A stretch of DNA of 64,000 bases, from contig OZ076409.1 in NCBI GenBank assembly GCA_964187785.1, forward strand, positions 52,578,001 to 52,642,000. The letters run 5' to 3'. Positions within the stretch are counted from its first letter, which is position 1; each line of letters begins with the position of its first letter. The notes under the pieces were generated by a model, which made no database searches, was not told the DNA's origin, and saw only the letters and a program-made list of their open reading frames with translations. Origin of the DNA: Amphiscolops sp. MND2022. Lineage: Eukaryota. Shown here in pieces: positions 1 to 11,230 of the stretch. The translations under genes and the position numbers were made by a program.

Positions 1-2519
1 TCAAATTTGTGACGTGCGAAGATGTCATGAAATTCTACCAAATGTGATTCAATTCTTTTGATCGCATGCTGTTGTAGCATTGAGTCTTTCCAGTCAAGGT
101 TGCTGAAGAACTTGCGACGAAATTCTTCATTCGTAACTCCGGTTCAGTTTCTCCTCTTCTTGTAGGTTGCGTAATTCTCTGAGTATTCGTTTCTGTATAG
201 GTGTATGAGCCTCTTCGTCTCCTGGCTTTCCAGGTGTCGGGAACCATTATTGCTCGTATTGGTCAATGTTTCGATTCGCTTTAAGAAGTCTGCTGATATA
301 GTAGACGGTGTCCTCTTCGTTTTCGTTTAGTAAGTGCAAGGTGGACACTGGGTCTAATGGTCAGGCTTGTTTCATTTGTTCAGGAGTCATTACTGAATAG
401 TTTGCGATGTGCAATCCCTTTTTAAGTTTGTAAGGTTGATCAGTGAAGTTATTGACGCGTATCCCCTTGGCCCCTTCATTTAAGGTGACTATTGCAGCGC
501 AGAATGTTACGTCGCCTTCCTCATGTAAAAGGTCACTAGGTTGTAGTATCCCTGTACTCCATTTTAAGCATAGATCTGCGACTGCATTTTGACGACCGTG
601 TCGTCGTTTGGCGGAATTGTCACGTCATCAGGAGTAAGTAGGGGCTCCATTACGTTCGAGTACTTGTGATCAGCCGTTTTCAGTTGAATTGAGAAATGGA
701 GAAAATTGAGGATACCTTGGCGCATTTCCAGGACTGTATGGTTCCTTTGAAGGAACATTAGGCCAATTATGGGACTGGCCAGTTTCCCCATTACCATGAA
801 GATTTCATGGAATTCAATGTCTCTCACTTCGAATTTTAATTTGACAGTGCTTTTGGGGGTTTTTCCATTTGCGACCATTACTTGAAATGATGGAGCAGGG
901 CCTTCTTTGACTATGGATTGAGGAGCTAGTAGGCGTATTTTCATGAGGTCTGCTTCAGGTTTTGCACTGGAGTGGGCCCCAGTGTCTATCAAGCCGTCTA
1001 ATGTTAGGTCTCTAAAATCCATAGGGAAATATAGCATCCGCCGTTTAAATTTGAGGCCTTTAGCATTTGAATTGTAAATTTGCTTTGTCGTATAAATCGT
1101 TGTTCCAATACGGATCCTTTCCGTACTCGGGGTCAATGTATTGAGGGTTATAGTCTTCGATCAATTGCAAGGGGCGAAATTGAGTTTCAAAGTCTTTGGT
1201 ATAGTATTTTTCATAGTATGGGCCTGGGCGATCATTATGTACTATTTTATAAGTCTTGATGTGGGCTTTCTCTATCTGTTGCTGCCGGGCAACGAACGGG
1301 GTGCCATTGGTGTCTTTAATAAATTGGCGAAGTTTGATTGTTGGAGGATCTGATTTGACGTATTGTCGAACTGACATGTAGTCATTTATTTGGCGTTGTG
1401 GAAAAATTAATTTTTGGCTCATGCTTTTTGGAAGAGGATTCGTCTGAGGTGGACATTTCTGTGTTGTTAGACATATTTGATCTTTCTTCATCGTTTGAGT
1501 CGTCATTGGTTTTTTCATTCTTTCGAGTCCTTTTGGGACGTAGATGAGCTCCAGCGCCTTGTCAACATCTTTCTGTTGGGTGATTCTTTTTCCCACGAGT
1601 TTCACATGGTGGGTTTGTTTGGCGTTGTTTTTTTAACCCATTTCTGTCGTCCATTTCCTTTTTCTTCTTCAATTTTGGACGATTTTTATAGAAAAGGCCA
1701 GTTGCTTTACAGTAAGAGCATTGGGCTTTCTTGTTGGTGTCAATGCCATTGGAGAGCAAGTTGCGGCTATTTGTAGACGCTGAGGCCAATATTGCAAAGG
1801 GTAGGTCGTCTGATTCCTCCAATGCCTTGAGTTCAACCTCTCTCTCAAGATGAGCTACAATCTTTTCTCCAGACGGCCATATTGACAGACCGTTTCATCT
1901 TTGGAGGAAGTTTAGCATACAAAAAGCTGTCAATTTTTTTTGCGTTTTCACCAAAAGCTGTTTCGGTGCCTTGGTTTAATTCTTCTAAGAAGTCAAGCAA
2001 TTTCATGGTGTGAGGGTCGAAAGTGAGCCTATTCCATTTTTGCTTTGCCCTAGCTTGGGATTCGAGTTTTACATATTTTTGCCGGAATATGACCAGGACA
2101 TCCTCCAAGGGTTGACTGTTGGTTGAGTTTATGTTCCGAAATGTCTGCTATGCGCCTTTCCGTAGCAATGAGTGGAAATGGTTAATTTTCATTTGTTCGT
2201 TCAATGCTGGTTGCAATTTTATCATTGTAAGAAGCAAGTCCTCAAAGAGTTCAAATATTTCACTCATTCCGTCAAACGTCATCGGAGAGGTCTTAACTGG
2301 TCGAATTGTCATTGACTGCGGTTTATTCTGGAGGTTAACCAGTACGTCAGCCAATCGATTTATTGGGTCCTGGGATGTGTCGGGTACCTCAGGCTCTGGG
2401 GCTGGCAGATTCGTGTCCAGAGAGAGATTCTGGGTCGATTCTTGCCTCTCCAAGTTCAGATTCGAATGGATTCGTCTTGTCAGGACTTCACCGTTGGGTG
2501 TCGGTAGCTCCTGTTACCA
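1..2519 (-). mobile_element. Ty3/Gypsy LTR retrotransposon internal region (gag-protease, frameshifted), running off the window start
   Basis: Fragmented minus-strand ORFs: gag-like 2148-2453/1845-2108, Cys-containing knuckle-like CSYCKATG (1562-1822), aspartic protease LIDTGA and IIGLMFL (564-1136). PBS-like TGGTAACAGGAG follows directly after ...CCTTACA at 2520. Confidence 0.85.
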
Positions 2520-4004
2520 TGTAAGGACTACCGTACCTGTGGCTCTAAAGTCACAAGCGGACCGTCAGTCTTTTTGTAATTTTAGATTTAAACCCATTGT
2601 TTCCTTCAGTAATTTCTTGACTAATTGGTGACGAGTTAGTCTCAGTGTCCCGATTTCCTGAAGATGACATTGAACTCACTATGTTCTGAATCCCCGGAAT
2701 TACTCTTCCAGCTATTGCCCTACTGATCGCTCTATTTATTTGATTATGCATCATGGTCATCATGAAATCCATTTCCTGAAAAAGTCTCATGTTAAATTCC
2801 CTATTGAACGTTTCCGTGGTCTCTTGGAATTTATCCAGTCTAGGGATTGCGTTTTCATTGACATTTAGGCGGGAATCATCTTCTCTAGCCTGCAAGTTGG
2901 ACTCCTTGTCGCAGTGACTTTCTGCATTTCCAATTACTATAGAAAGTTCTCGTTCAATTGGGTTGACATTGTCACTACCTAATATGACGTCCAAATTTTC
3001 AAAGTCGGACATCGTGTTCATTTCTCTAGGCTTTCTAGCGTTCGTTTTCTGCTTTCTAGTGGAAGGCATAAGAAATTATTGCAAGAGGAAAAAAGTTAAT
3101 TGTCTTTAGCTTGCAAATCGTAATTTATTAACTGTAATCAACTGTGATGTATTACAAGGAAAATTATTGTCCCCTAGACTAAGAGTCCTGGATTTATATA
3201 GTCAAGTTTCCATGATTTGCATGAATCAGTACGTCATCTAGCTATTTTTAGAACATAAGGTCTAAAAATAGTACCAGTATTAAACTACGTTACTATATAA
3301 AACATCGCGACGTAATATCTAAATTTAGTCTTCATGATGTATTGATGATGAACAGTATGATGTTTACGTGACCTTGTGGGCCATGGCGACATCGCATCAA
3401 ATATTATATGGGGTTGTATGTTACATATATGTAACTTGCATGAGCATCTAATAATGAAGGGGGAAATGGACAATTTGTCCAATTTCGTTCCATACATATT
3501 ACTTCAAGCAACAGTTTCATGTATTCAGTATTACAAATTGCAACTTTCATCAAACCATAAGGGTCATGCTTGAGAGTTAATATCAGCTAAATTGCACCTT
3601 CAATTTTATATAGGACTCGAATGCCCCTCAGTCATAGTTGGGCATTCTAATTAGGTGAACGGCCGAGTACGGCCTTTAAATCAAAGCACTCACTGTACAG
3701 CAAGTTAATAAAAGCACGTCTCTGATTGGTTTAAATTCAATTCGACTGGCTGTCCAAGGCGACAGGAAACGAAACATTTGAACACGTTTCCTTTGCCTGT
3801 ACGCCTTGGTGTCCAATTTCAATGAAGCAGTGTTATTTTACATGTATAAATATAGTAAAGCAACGTTGTATCAATCCAATTTCATCAATTTGAACTAAAT
3901 GAGAACTAATTTAACTCCAGGTCCGAATATTAATTTCAAACTAAGGAGAGGTATCAAAGCACAAAATAATAACCTTCGATAAAAAATGAGTTTATCAGTT
4001 TCAA
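2520..4004 (-). repeat. 5' LTR of the Gypsy element, containing the gag start (MPSTRKQK ORF 2551-3069); outer end uncertain
   Basis: Ends in ...CCTTACA next to the PBS. Shares the GAAAC-GTGTTCAA and AACCAATC motifs and the MPxTRKQK ORF with the other LTR copies. Its outer boundary merges into the 170-bp repeat. Confidence 0.7.
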
Positions 4005-4173
4005 TACAATTCCTAATGGACGGCGTGTCCAATTTCCTCAGTCAAGCGGACTGTCTTGGGAGAGTGTTGTAGTGGTTATAAGAGATCGAATACCAGTTCC
4101 CATTGCATGCGGCTGCCTGCGACATCTCCAGTACAGGCCGAATGCTCTAACCACTACGACATTGCTCCCGCTA
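4005..4173. repeat. ~170-bp direct repeat, left copy, abutting the Polinton left TIR
   Basis: TACAATTCCTAATGGACGG...ATTGCTCCCGCTA recurs at 18410-18583 with 3 substitutions and two small insertions (1 bp and 4 bp). Confidence 0.95.
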
Positions 4174-4403
4174 GTAGTAGGCTATTTCCCGATATACGCC
4201 CAAAAAAATAAAAAATAACATCAAAAAAACCAAAATCATCTAAAATTAACGTTTTTTTCCGTAATAAAAATTATTAAAAAATAACATATTTTCAAGGCAA
4301 TCATCTAAAATTAACGTTTTTTTTCACAACTAACTGTTAAAAAACAACCAAGGCAAACCATCTAAAAATTAGTCATTTCTCACAACTGAAAAATTAACAA
4401 AAT
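4173..4403 (+). repeat. Polinton left terminal inverted repeat
   Basis: AGTAGTAGGCTATTTCCCGATATACGCCC... is the reverse complement of 18180-18412 with few mismatches. Contains internal repeats of AATCATCTAAAATTAACGTTTTTTT. Confidence 0.95.
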
Positions 4404-4423
4404 TAATGAAAAATAACTATTAA

Positions 4424-4837
4424 ATGAATTATTTATCATTCAAAGAATTTGTTAATAAATATGGATTAAAAAATGAAGCAACTTCCAATGTAGAAATAAA
4501 AGAAATCTTAAAACTCATGAACACATCTTGTGGAATATATATGAGAGATGATAAATTTATAACCACCAGTGGTATAGTTAACTTACATCCAACTAAAGGA
4601 ACTCATTGGGTTATGTTTGTTAACGAGTTTTATTTTGATTCATATGGCTGTCCACCACCACTAATTATAACAAAACAAATTAATAATGGTATCTATTCAG
4701 AATATCAAATCCAGAAAGACGACAGTTTTTGTGCAGCTTATTGTTTGTATGTGTTATATCTTACACAAATTATAGGCTTCAAAAATGCAGTTTTAAGCAA
4801 GCTTGCAAAAAGTTTTAGCATGCAAAAAGCTAATTAA
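4424..4837 (+). CDS. Adenain-like cysteine protease (Polinton PRO)
   Basis: Catalytic motifs GTHWV, YFDSYG and QIQ...FCAAYC. Confidence 0.9.
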   Translation: MNYLSFKEFVNKYGLKNEATSNVEIKEILKLMNTSCGIYMRDDKFITTSGIVNLHPTKGTHWVMFVNEFYFDSYGCPPPLIITKQINNGIYSEYQIQKDDSFCAAYCLYVLYLTQIIGFKNAVLSKLAKSFSMQKAN

Positions 4838-5095
4838 GCAAGCTTAGAAAAAAATTCACCAAAATTTTTTTTCTTAAATGAAGAAAATTAATAATTATTC
4901 AGCTCAATTTCAAGTTATTCAAAAGCCAGAGAATGAAAATAATAACAATCATATTCATAAGCAAAGCTCCTTCGGTAATAATTCAAAAAAGAAATTAAAT
5001 ATCAAAACAAAACCAAGAATTCATAAATAAGATATCCGCAAGTGGATTTAAACAATTTTTCTCCTAATAAATTGATCTATCAAATTTTGTAACCT

Positions 5096-6117
5096 ATGAT
5101 AAAAAAGAATCTCTTTTATTGAGTATTGCAAAATCTAATTTGGATATTGTTGAAAATACCTTATCTAAACCTCAGGAAACTCTAGAATTTAAAATGAATA
5201 AACAAAAAGAATCTTTTTCATTTGATATTCCTTTGGAATTGCCTGAACAATGGATGATGGGAGTAACAAGTTTAGAAGTATATAACACTGTATATAACAT
5301 TACTGAAAAGAATAATAAAATCAAACTTTTTGAAACAGACAAAATGTTAAAAGCATATAAAGTTGCCACTGAATTTATGTCAAAGATTAAAAAAATTATA
5401 TGAAACCTCCGGTAATAAAGGAATTTCTAATATAGAAGAAATTAAAAAACTTATAAATGATGATAATTTTAAAAAGGTTACACTTTCTGAAAATTATTAT
5501 GATGATATAAATAAAATAATTGTTCAAATTAACCAAAATATTAAAGATAAAACAAATATTATTGTTCTTGATGAATATAGAATTGTAACTGATTGCTTGG
5601 AAATAGAAATACCACCAGGAGCATATGAATTAATCGATATAAATAATGCCGTCCAACAAGAAATTATTAATTCTTGTAGTTCTCGTCTTGATTCTGATTT
5701 TAAAATCAACATAGGAGCAGACACAATATCAATGAAATCAGTTTTAACAACCTCTTATTCCATTTATTTCAATTCTGAACTAACCACCCTTTTAGGATTT
5801 ACAAACAAAGAATACTTAAAAGGAATTTATAGATCAGAAAAACCAGTCATGATAACAACGACAGACAAAGTTCATCTTAAATGTGATTGTGTAGATGGTT
5901 CAATTGTTAATGGGATTATAGAACAAAGTTTATTTTCGTTTAATCTTAGTGCTCCTCCCGGATATAAAATTATAAAAGAACCCAATATTATTCTGTATAA
6001 AAAATAAACAAAACAAGGTTAGATATTATTCAATTTTTCTTAGAAGATTCCAACCATAATCCAGTTGATTTCAACGGGGAGACATTAACATTTACCATTC
6101 AAATCATAAAGATTTAA
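5096..6117 (+). pseudogene. Minor capsid (penton-like) protein, frameshifted
   Basis: ORF pieces 5119-5403 and 5363-6007, plus a tail ending ...PVDFNGETLTFTIQIIKI* at 6117. Motifs VTSLEVYNTVYNI, IPPGAYE and VHLKCDCVDGSIVNG resemble Polinton minor capsids. Frameshifts occur at A-runs near 5100, 5395 and 6001. Confidence 0.75.
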
Positions 6118-6129
6118 AACTAATAATAG

Positions 6130-6513
6130 AGCTTTAATAAATTTAAAAATAATTCATATTGTGTTGGTGGAAAACATTATTCCGCTACCACAAATATTCG
6201 TGGAGATATTACTCAAAATAAAAAATCAGGAGCACCTGTTAAATTATTAAGAGGTACTTGTTCCTCTTGTAAAAGAAATAAATCACTTATAGTATCAGAT
6301 CAAACAATACAAGCAGAAGGATTAGGTGACTTTTTCCGAGGTCAGAATGTCGGAAAGAAAATTTTAAATAATCCTGGACGAGCATTAGAACTCGCAGCTA
6401 ATATTGGTACAGCAGCAGCAAGTAAAAATCCAAAACTCATTGCTGCAACTGCTCCTGATTTTATAAAATTTGTTCATCAAGGAAAAGGTCTGTACTTGGG
6501 TAAAATTCATTGA
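6130..6513 (+). pseudogene. Small basic Zn-ribbon/core-like Polinton protein, start codon damaged (absent from the ORF track)
   Basis: Open frame SFNKFKNNSYCVGGKH...RGTCSSCKRNKS...AEGLGDFF...HQGKGLYLGKIH* preceded by ATAG instead of ATG. Confidence 0.65.
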
Positions 6514-6562
6514 TTTACAGACTTGCTGTAAATTAAATATTATTTTTTATGAATAATAAATT

Positions 6563-7477
6563 ATGTATTCAATTCATAATCGAGATGATTTAGAAAAATT
6601 AAAAAAATTGCAAGAAACAAAATCTTCTTTGAAAGCTGAAAGACTAAAAGAGAAACTAGGGAAGCAAGACTTTCATTATGATATGGAAGAAGTTTTTGAA
6701 CCTGTTACTGAAAACCAGAAACAAAACCAAACTAAACAACAAGAACTTTCTGAAAAGCAAATACAAGCGCTACGTGATTCTACTCAAACTACAACACAAG
6801 CAATCGAAAATCAGACAAGAGCAATAGAACACAGTAGTGATATTTTAAATAAAAATTTACAAAAATCTATCAAAGATGCTAATTCTAACCAAGTAGACAG
6901 TTCAATTGTTAAAACAGTTTCTAACCTCCTCAACACCCAAAGTCAATTCAGATTAGAACCTGTGGAAGGTAATTTAAAATTACTCATTATCAATCCTTTT
7001 ACTAATCCTCAACAGGTATTAATCAAAGGTTCAACGATGACATTCCAAAATGGTAACACGTATTATTTGAATGATCTGGATCTTTCAAATTTCATTACTA
7101 ATACACAACACGATAAAATTAAAAACATAGCTGTGAAATATAATTTTTTACGTGATGTGAATTACTATTTAAATTATGGAGATAAAAAATCAAATAGATA
7201 TAACTTTATTAAATCTATGTTACAACCACAAATAGGAAGTGGATTAAATTTTGTTTCTCTTCCATCTGATCCAGATGAACTTGTAGATCAACTAAAACTA
7301 CTTTATTTTGAAAAAGTAGGAGGAAATGATAATCCTATGCTTAGTGAACAAATCATAGCAATTGCTGATAAACTTTTACAAGACCAATGCATTACAACAA
7401 ATCAACATCAAAACCTTATAAGCACATTTACTAAAAAGGATCAGTTTGTGGAGAAAAGATCTGGTATTGCGGATTAG
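6563..7477 (+). CDS. Polinton hypothetical protein (coiled-coil N-terminus)
   Basis: 304-aa ORF. The C-terminal QIGSGL...LPSDPDELVDQLKLL...GGN segment resembles a motif I recall from Polinton proteins. Confidence 0.7.
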   Translation: MYSIHNRDDLEKLKKLQETKSSLKAERLKEKLGKQDFHYDMEEVFEPVTENQKQNQTKQQELSEKQIQALRDSTQTTTQAIENQTRAIEHSSDILNKNLQKSIKDANSNQVDSSIVKTVSNLLNTQSQFRLEPVEGNLKLLIINPFTNPQQVLIKGSTMTFQNGNTYYLNDLDLSNFITNTQHDKIKNIAVKYNFLRDVNYYLNYGDKKSNRYNFIKSMLQPQIGSGLNFVSLPSDPDELVDQLKLLYFEKVGGNDNPMLSEQIIAIADKLLQDQCITTNQHQNLISTFTKKDQFVEKRSGIAD

Positions 7478-8394
7478 ATTCATTACATATCATATACTTA
7501 CTCCCATTTTTATCTTCTAACCTATTTATTATTAAATAATTATACTTATCCCGCCATGCTTCTTTACACAAACTTTTGAATTCATCATAAGACATATCAA
7601 AACCAGCAATATCTCTATAAATGTGTTCAACATCTTTCAATGTTTGTTGAAATAGAATTATAATATTACTATTGTTTCTAATTGTTCTTTTAGGCAAATC
7701 AAAGTATGACTGTGATAAAGAATAAACATCTAAATCATTATGTCTTTCCCTAGTAAAAAATGGATCTATTAATTTCTGTGAAGTGTCCAACATATTATCA
7801 AATACAACACAACAATTTTGAAAATCTTGAATACTTTTGTCTTCTAGATCTTCTTCTACTTTAACTTGTTCTATTTCTATGTTGCTGTATTGCTCAGGAC
7901 TCCTTGTAATAATATGAATTTTCCTTGTATTATCATCCAATCGAATTAATTGTAATTTGTTTAATAACAAATGGGTCTTACCACAAAATGATGGGCCAAC
8001 TATCAATGTCCTATTACAATTATTATGCAAAGCCAGCGTAGCTGTATCAATTTGATTATTATTATCATCAATTTGACTATCATTATCATCAATTTGATTA
8101 TTATCATCATCAATTTGATTTTCATTATCATCATCTTTGTTTAAATAATATACATCTTCCAATAATTTATTACATCTTTTTAAATGTTTTGATAAATAAG
8201 TTTTTTGAATTCCTTATTACAGAATTCACATTTTACTTTTTTATTGAAACATGCTATACATGTACTATACAATTAATCATTTTTATATTTGTAAAAATCT
8301 GTTTTCAGTATATTATACACTTTACATTTTTTTTATTCTCACAATCGGAACAGACAAATTTTTCATTACATTTTCCACAAAGTATACACTTCAT
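7431..8394 (-). pseudogene. A32/FtsK-like packaging ATPase 1 with N-terminal Cys-rich Zn-finger region
   Basis: Walker A GPSFCGKT, Walker B VVFDN (expected DD), RERH (expected GRH), SQSYF, IRNN. The frame continues upstream of 8162 through CEFCNKEFKKTYLSKHLKRC to an ATG at 8394 across one stop and one frameshift. Confidence 0.85.
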
Positions 8395-8414
8395 TTATTT
8401 AGTAAAAAATCACT

Positions 8415-8511
8415 AAATCACTAAGCAAATTCACTAAAAGCATGATGTTTTAAGTGTAACTTATTTGCTTAGTGACAAAAAAATGCTCTTAGTGAATTTG
8501 CTTAGTGATTT
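8415..8511. repeat. Intergenic 29-bp inverted repeat between the two ATPase genes
   Basis: AAATCACTAAGCAAATTCACTAAAAGCAT (8415-8443) pairs with 8483-8511 at 28 of 29 positions. Confidence 0.9.
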
Positions 8512-8560
8512 TACTAAGAAAATTACCAAGAAATCAAACCCAATTTTTTAGGTAATTGTT

Positions 8561-9584
8561 TCATTTTAAACTCTTTGCAATGCCAGCTTTATCGTAACTA
8601 ATTGCTTGTTCCATTATTATATTTTTAAAATCTTCTTTAAGTTTGTCTGAAGTTAATGGTTGTTGCATTCTATCGATGTAATTGTCTATTTTAGATTCAT
8701 TTACTTTAATTTTATTTTGTTTACAATAATATACATAATAATAAGCTACATTAAAAGGTGTTATTTCAATTGTTTGATCTGACATATCTTCTAGGAATAT
8801 TTTAAGTTTATTATATTCTTCACCTGTAAAGAAGTAACTTTCATATTTTACATAATCCTCGGGACCCCATTTATGTTTAGTTGTATCGTAGACTAGTTGG
8901 TACTTGTGGTTGAGTATTTTATACTTTTGTGATCTAGTATCAAATTCAATTACACCAAATTCTAATTGGTCACGATATTGTTTCCAATTAAGTTGTTTGA
9001 TACTATAACAACTCATCATTGTTTCGAAAAATGTATCTGGATTATTTATTGTGATAAATAACTTAAAACAATTTTCTCTAACAACAGGTAGAACATCCTT
9101 TGCATAATGTGCAAGATAAATAACTTGTATATTATGATGTCTTCCAAACCGGAATAAGTCTTCTACTTTTGTTTTGAGTTGCTTATAAGCACCCGCATCA
9201 TCTAAAAAGATTGTTTTAACAGCAAGTGATTCAATGTTAATATTTTCTAACTGCAACAATTGTACAAATCTACCCGGGAATTCCGCTTCATCTCTAGCGA
9301 ATACTATAAAATCGTTTTTAGTTTGATCTAAATAATACTTCAGGAAACTAGTATTACCTGATCCACTAGTACCACACCAAAAAATGACAATTAGTATTTG
9401 TGATTGGTTTGACTTGTGGCTCGTCTTTTGGGTAATCAGTTAGATGGGACTTTTTAAATCCCTTGAATTGTTTTTGTTTTTGGTATATTTTTTCGTAATG
9501 TTTGGGTCTAATATAATACCAATAAATATATAAAACTATAATAAAAATTACACATAATAAACCTATATAAAACTTTTTATTCAT
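8561..9584 (-). pseudogene. Second A32/FtsK-like ATPase with N-terminal transmembrane helix, frameshifted
   Basis: ORF 9366-9584 (hydrophobic IGLLCVIFIIVLYIYWYY) shifts frame near 9378 into CGTSGSGNTS (Walker A, K->N), then TIFLDD (Walker B) and FGRHHNIQVIYLAH. Confidence 0.8.
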
Positions 9585-9597
9585 TTATAGGAAATAA

Positions 9598-10452
9598 ATG
9601 AGTGAAAAGAAGAAAGAAATTGCTAAAGAAATATTCTCTCCTGTAATTAAGAAGTTTCAAAGAATTCAAATACAAACTCACTATAAAGATGAGTAATGGA
9701 GTATTGATCTGATAGACAGGTCTAGCTTAGCAAAATACAATAAAAACTACAAGTTTATTTTCACAATAATTGACAATCATACCAAATACGCATGGGCCAT
9801 TCCTCTTGAAGATAAATCAGGAAAAAGTACAACAACTGCATATAAAAGTCTTATTGAAAAAGCAAAAAGAAAACCTGATAAAATTTGATCAGATAGAGGT
9901 AAAGAGTTTTATAATAAAACATTTTTGGATTTCCTAAAAGAACAAAACATTCAAATTTATTCAACGAATTCAGATTTGAAGGCTGTTTTTGTTGAACGTT
10001 TCAATAGAACACTTCTGGACTTAATTAAAGAACCCATGTACATTGAAGGTAAAGCTTGTTGGTTGAATCACCTTGATGCTGCTATGGAAAAATATAATAA
10101 TCGTGTTCATGGTACAACAAAAATAACACCTTTTGAAGCTAATAATCAACCAATAGATCCACCTACTTTTGTTAATAAACCGAAACAACCCAAATTCCAA
10201 GTGGGAGACTATGTAAGAGTTCTTGATAAACGCAATTTATATAGTAAAGGTTATACAACAAATTGGAACAGAGAATTTTTTAAAATACATAAAATTAACA
10301 ATACAAATCCCGTTACATATGGTTTAGTAGATGAAAACAACGAACAAATAGAAGGAAAGTATTATGAACAAGAACTTTTAAGAAGTATATTCAACTTTAA
10401 ATCTAACAACAAAACGTTAGAAAGTATGAATATTTTCCACCAATATGAGTAA
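9598..10452 (+). pseudogene. Retroviral-like (rve) integrase of the Polinton, with two premature stops
   Basis: From ATG 9598: ...KDE*WSIDLID...IIDNHTKYAW...KI*SDRGKEF...VERFNRTL. The DDE triad is recognisable. Confidence 0.9.
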
Positions 10453-10469
10453 TTATATTTAAATGAATA

Positions 10470-10781
10470 ATGTCAATTCATAAATTTGGTTATAGTGCCG
10501 AGAGCCTACAAAAAGATAAGATTGAGAATCTTGAAAAAGAATTCGAATCACAAACCAAATTAATCAACTTAAAACTTAATGATATGCAAAGCACCATAAA
10601 TGGTATGACTGATAACCTACAAAGTGTACAAGAAATTAATTTTGATGATGGTGAAACCAAGGTAGTAGTCAATGTAAAGTTTTTCTTAGACATGAACAAA
10701 AATATCGAAGACTTGAAAATCAACCTGAAATACTTAGAACAAGATGTTAAAAATAAAATTTTTAGAAAAAAAAAGAAATAA
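10470..10781 (+). CDS. Polinton hypothetical protein (coiled-coil)
   Basis: 103-aa ORF in the compact co-oriented gene run. Confidence 0.55.
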   Translation: MSIHKFGYSAESLQKDKIENLEKEFESQTKLINLKLNDMQSTINGMTDNLQSVQEINFDDGETKVVVNVKFFLDMNKNIEDLKINLKYLEQDVKNKIFRKKKK

Positions 10782-10783
10782 TT

Positions 10784-11173
10784 TTGGATGCTGCCAAGTT
10801 AGTGGAAGAACAACAAACCATTTTACGTAATCATTTTGAGAGAAACCTTTTTTCGGAATTGGAAAAATGTCAAAATCAAGCAGTCAAAGATGTTATACAA
10901 CTATTGTACAACAAAGGATTGTTTGACTCATTTGAAAACAAAGACCAAATATTCCATGATTATTTAACATTTACACACCAATACTTGTTGGAAAAATACG
11001 GAAAAGAAATAAAGACATCAGATGGTGTGTATTATTTATCAGACTTAGATTTTTCAACGAGAGAAGATATCGTGAAGTGCTTGAAAAAAGATGAATACAA
11101 AGATACTGTTGATCTTAAATATAGAATGAAACTAACCGATACTGAGATTAATTTCATACTTTTTGAAGAGTGA
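10784..11173 (+). CDS. Polinton hypothetical protein
   Basis: 129-aa ORF with a TTG start, closely packed; may be a detached continuation of the previous ORF. Confidence 0.5.
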   Translation: MDAAKLVEEQQTILRNHFERNLFSELEKCQNQAVKDVIQLLYNKGLFDSFENKDQIFHDYLTFTHQYLLEKYGKEIKTSDGVYYLSDLDFSTREDIVKCLKKDEYKDTVDLKYRMKLTDTEINFILFEE

Positions 11174-11230
11174 ATACTTGTAAAATTTAAACTAAATACT
11201 TTATAAAATTAGGTTTTTATTTAAAGTTAA

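Noticed and set aside
2119..2631. 170-aa plus-strand ORF
   Set aside because: Antisense shadow of the gag frame.
4007..4050. Hammerhead ribozyme in the flanking repeat (minus strand CTGAGGA plus stem)
   Set aside because: The required GAAA after stem II is absent (GGAAT) and no stem III or cleavage triplet is evident.
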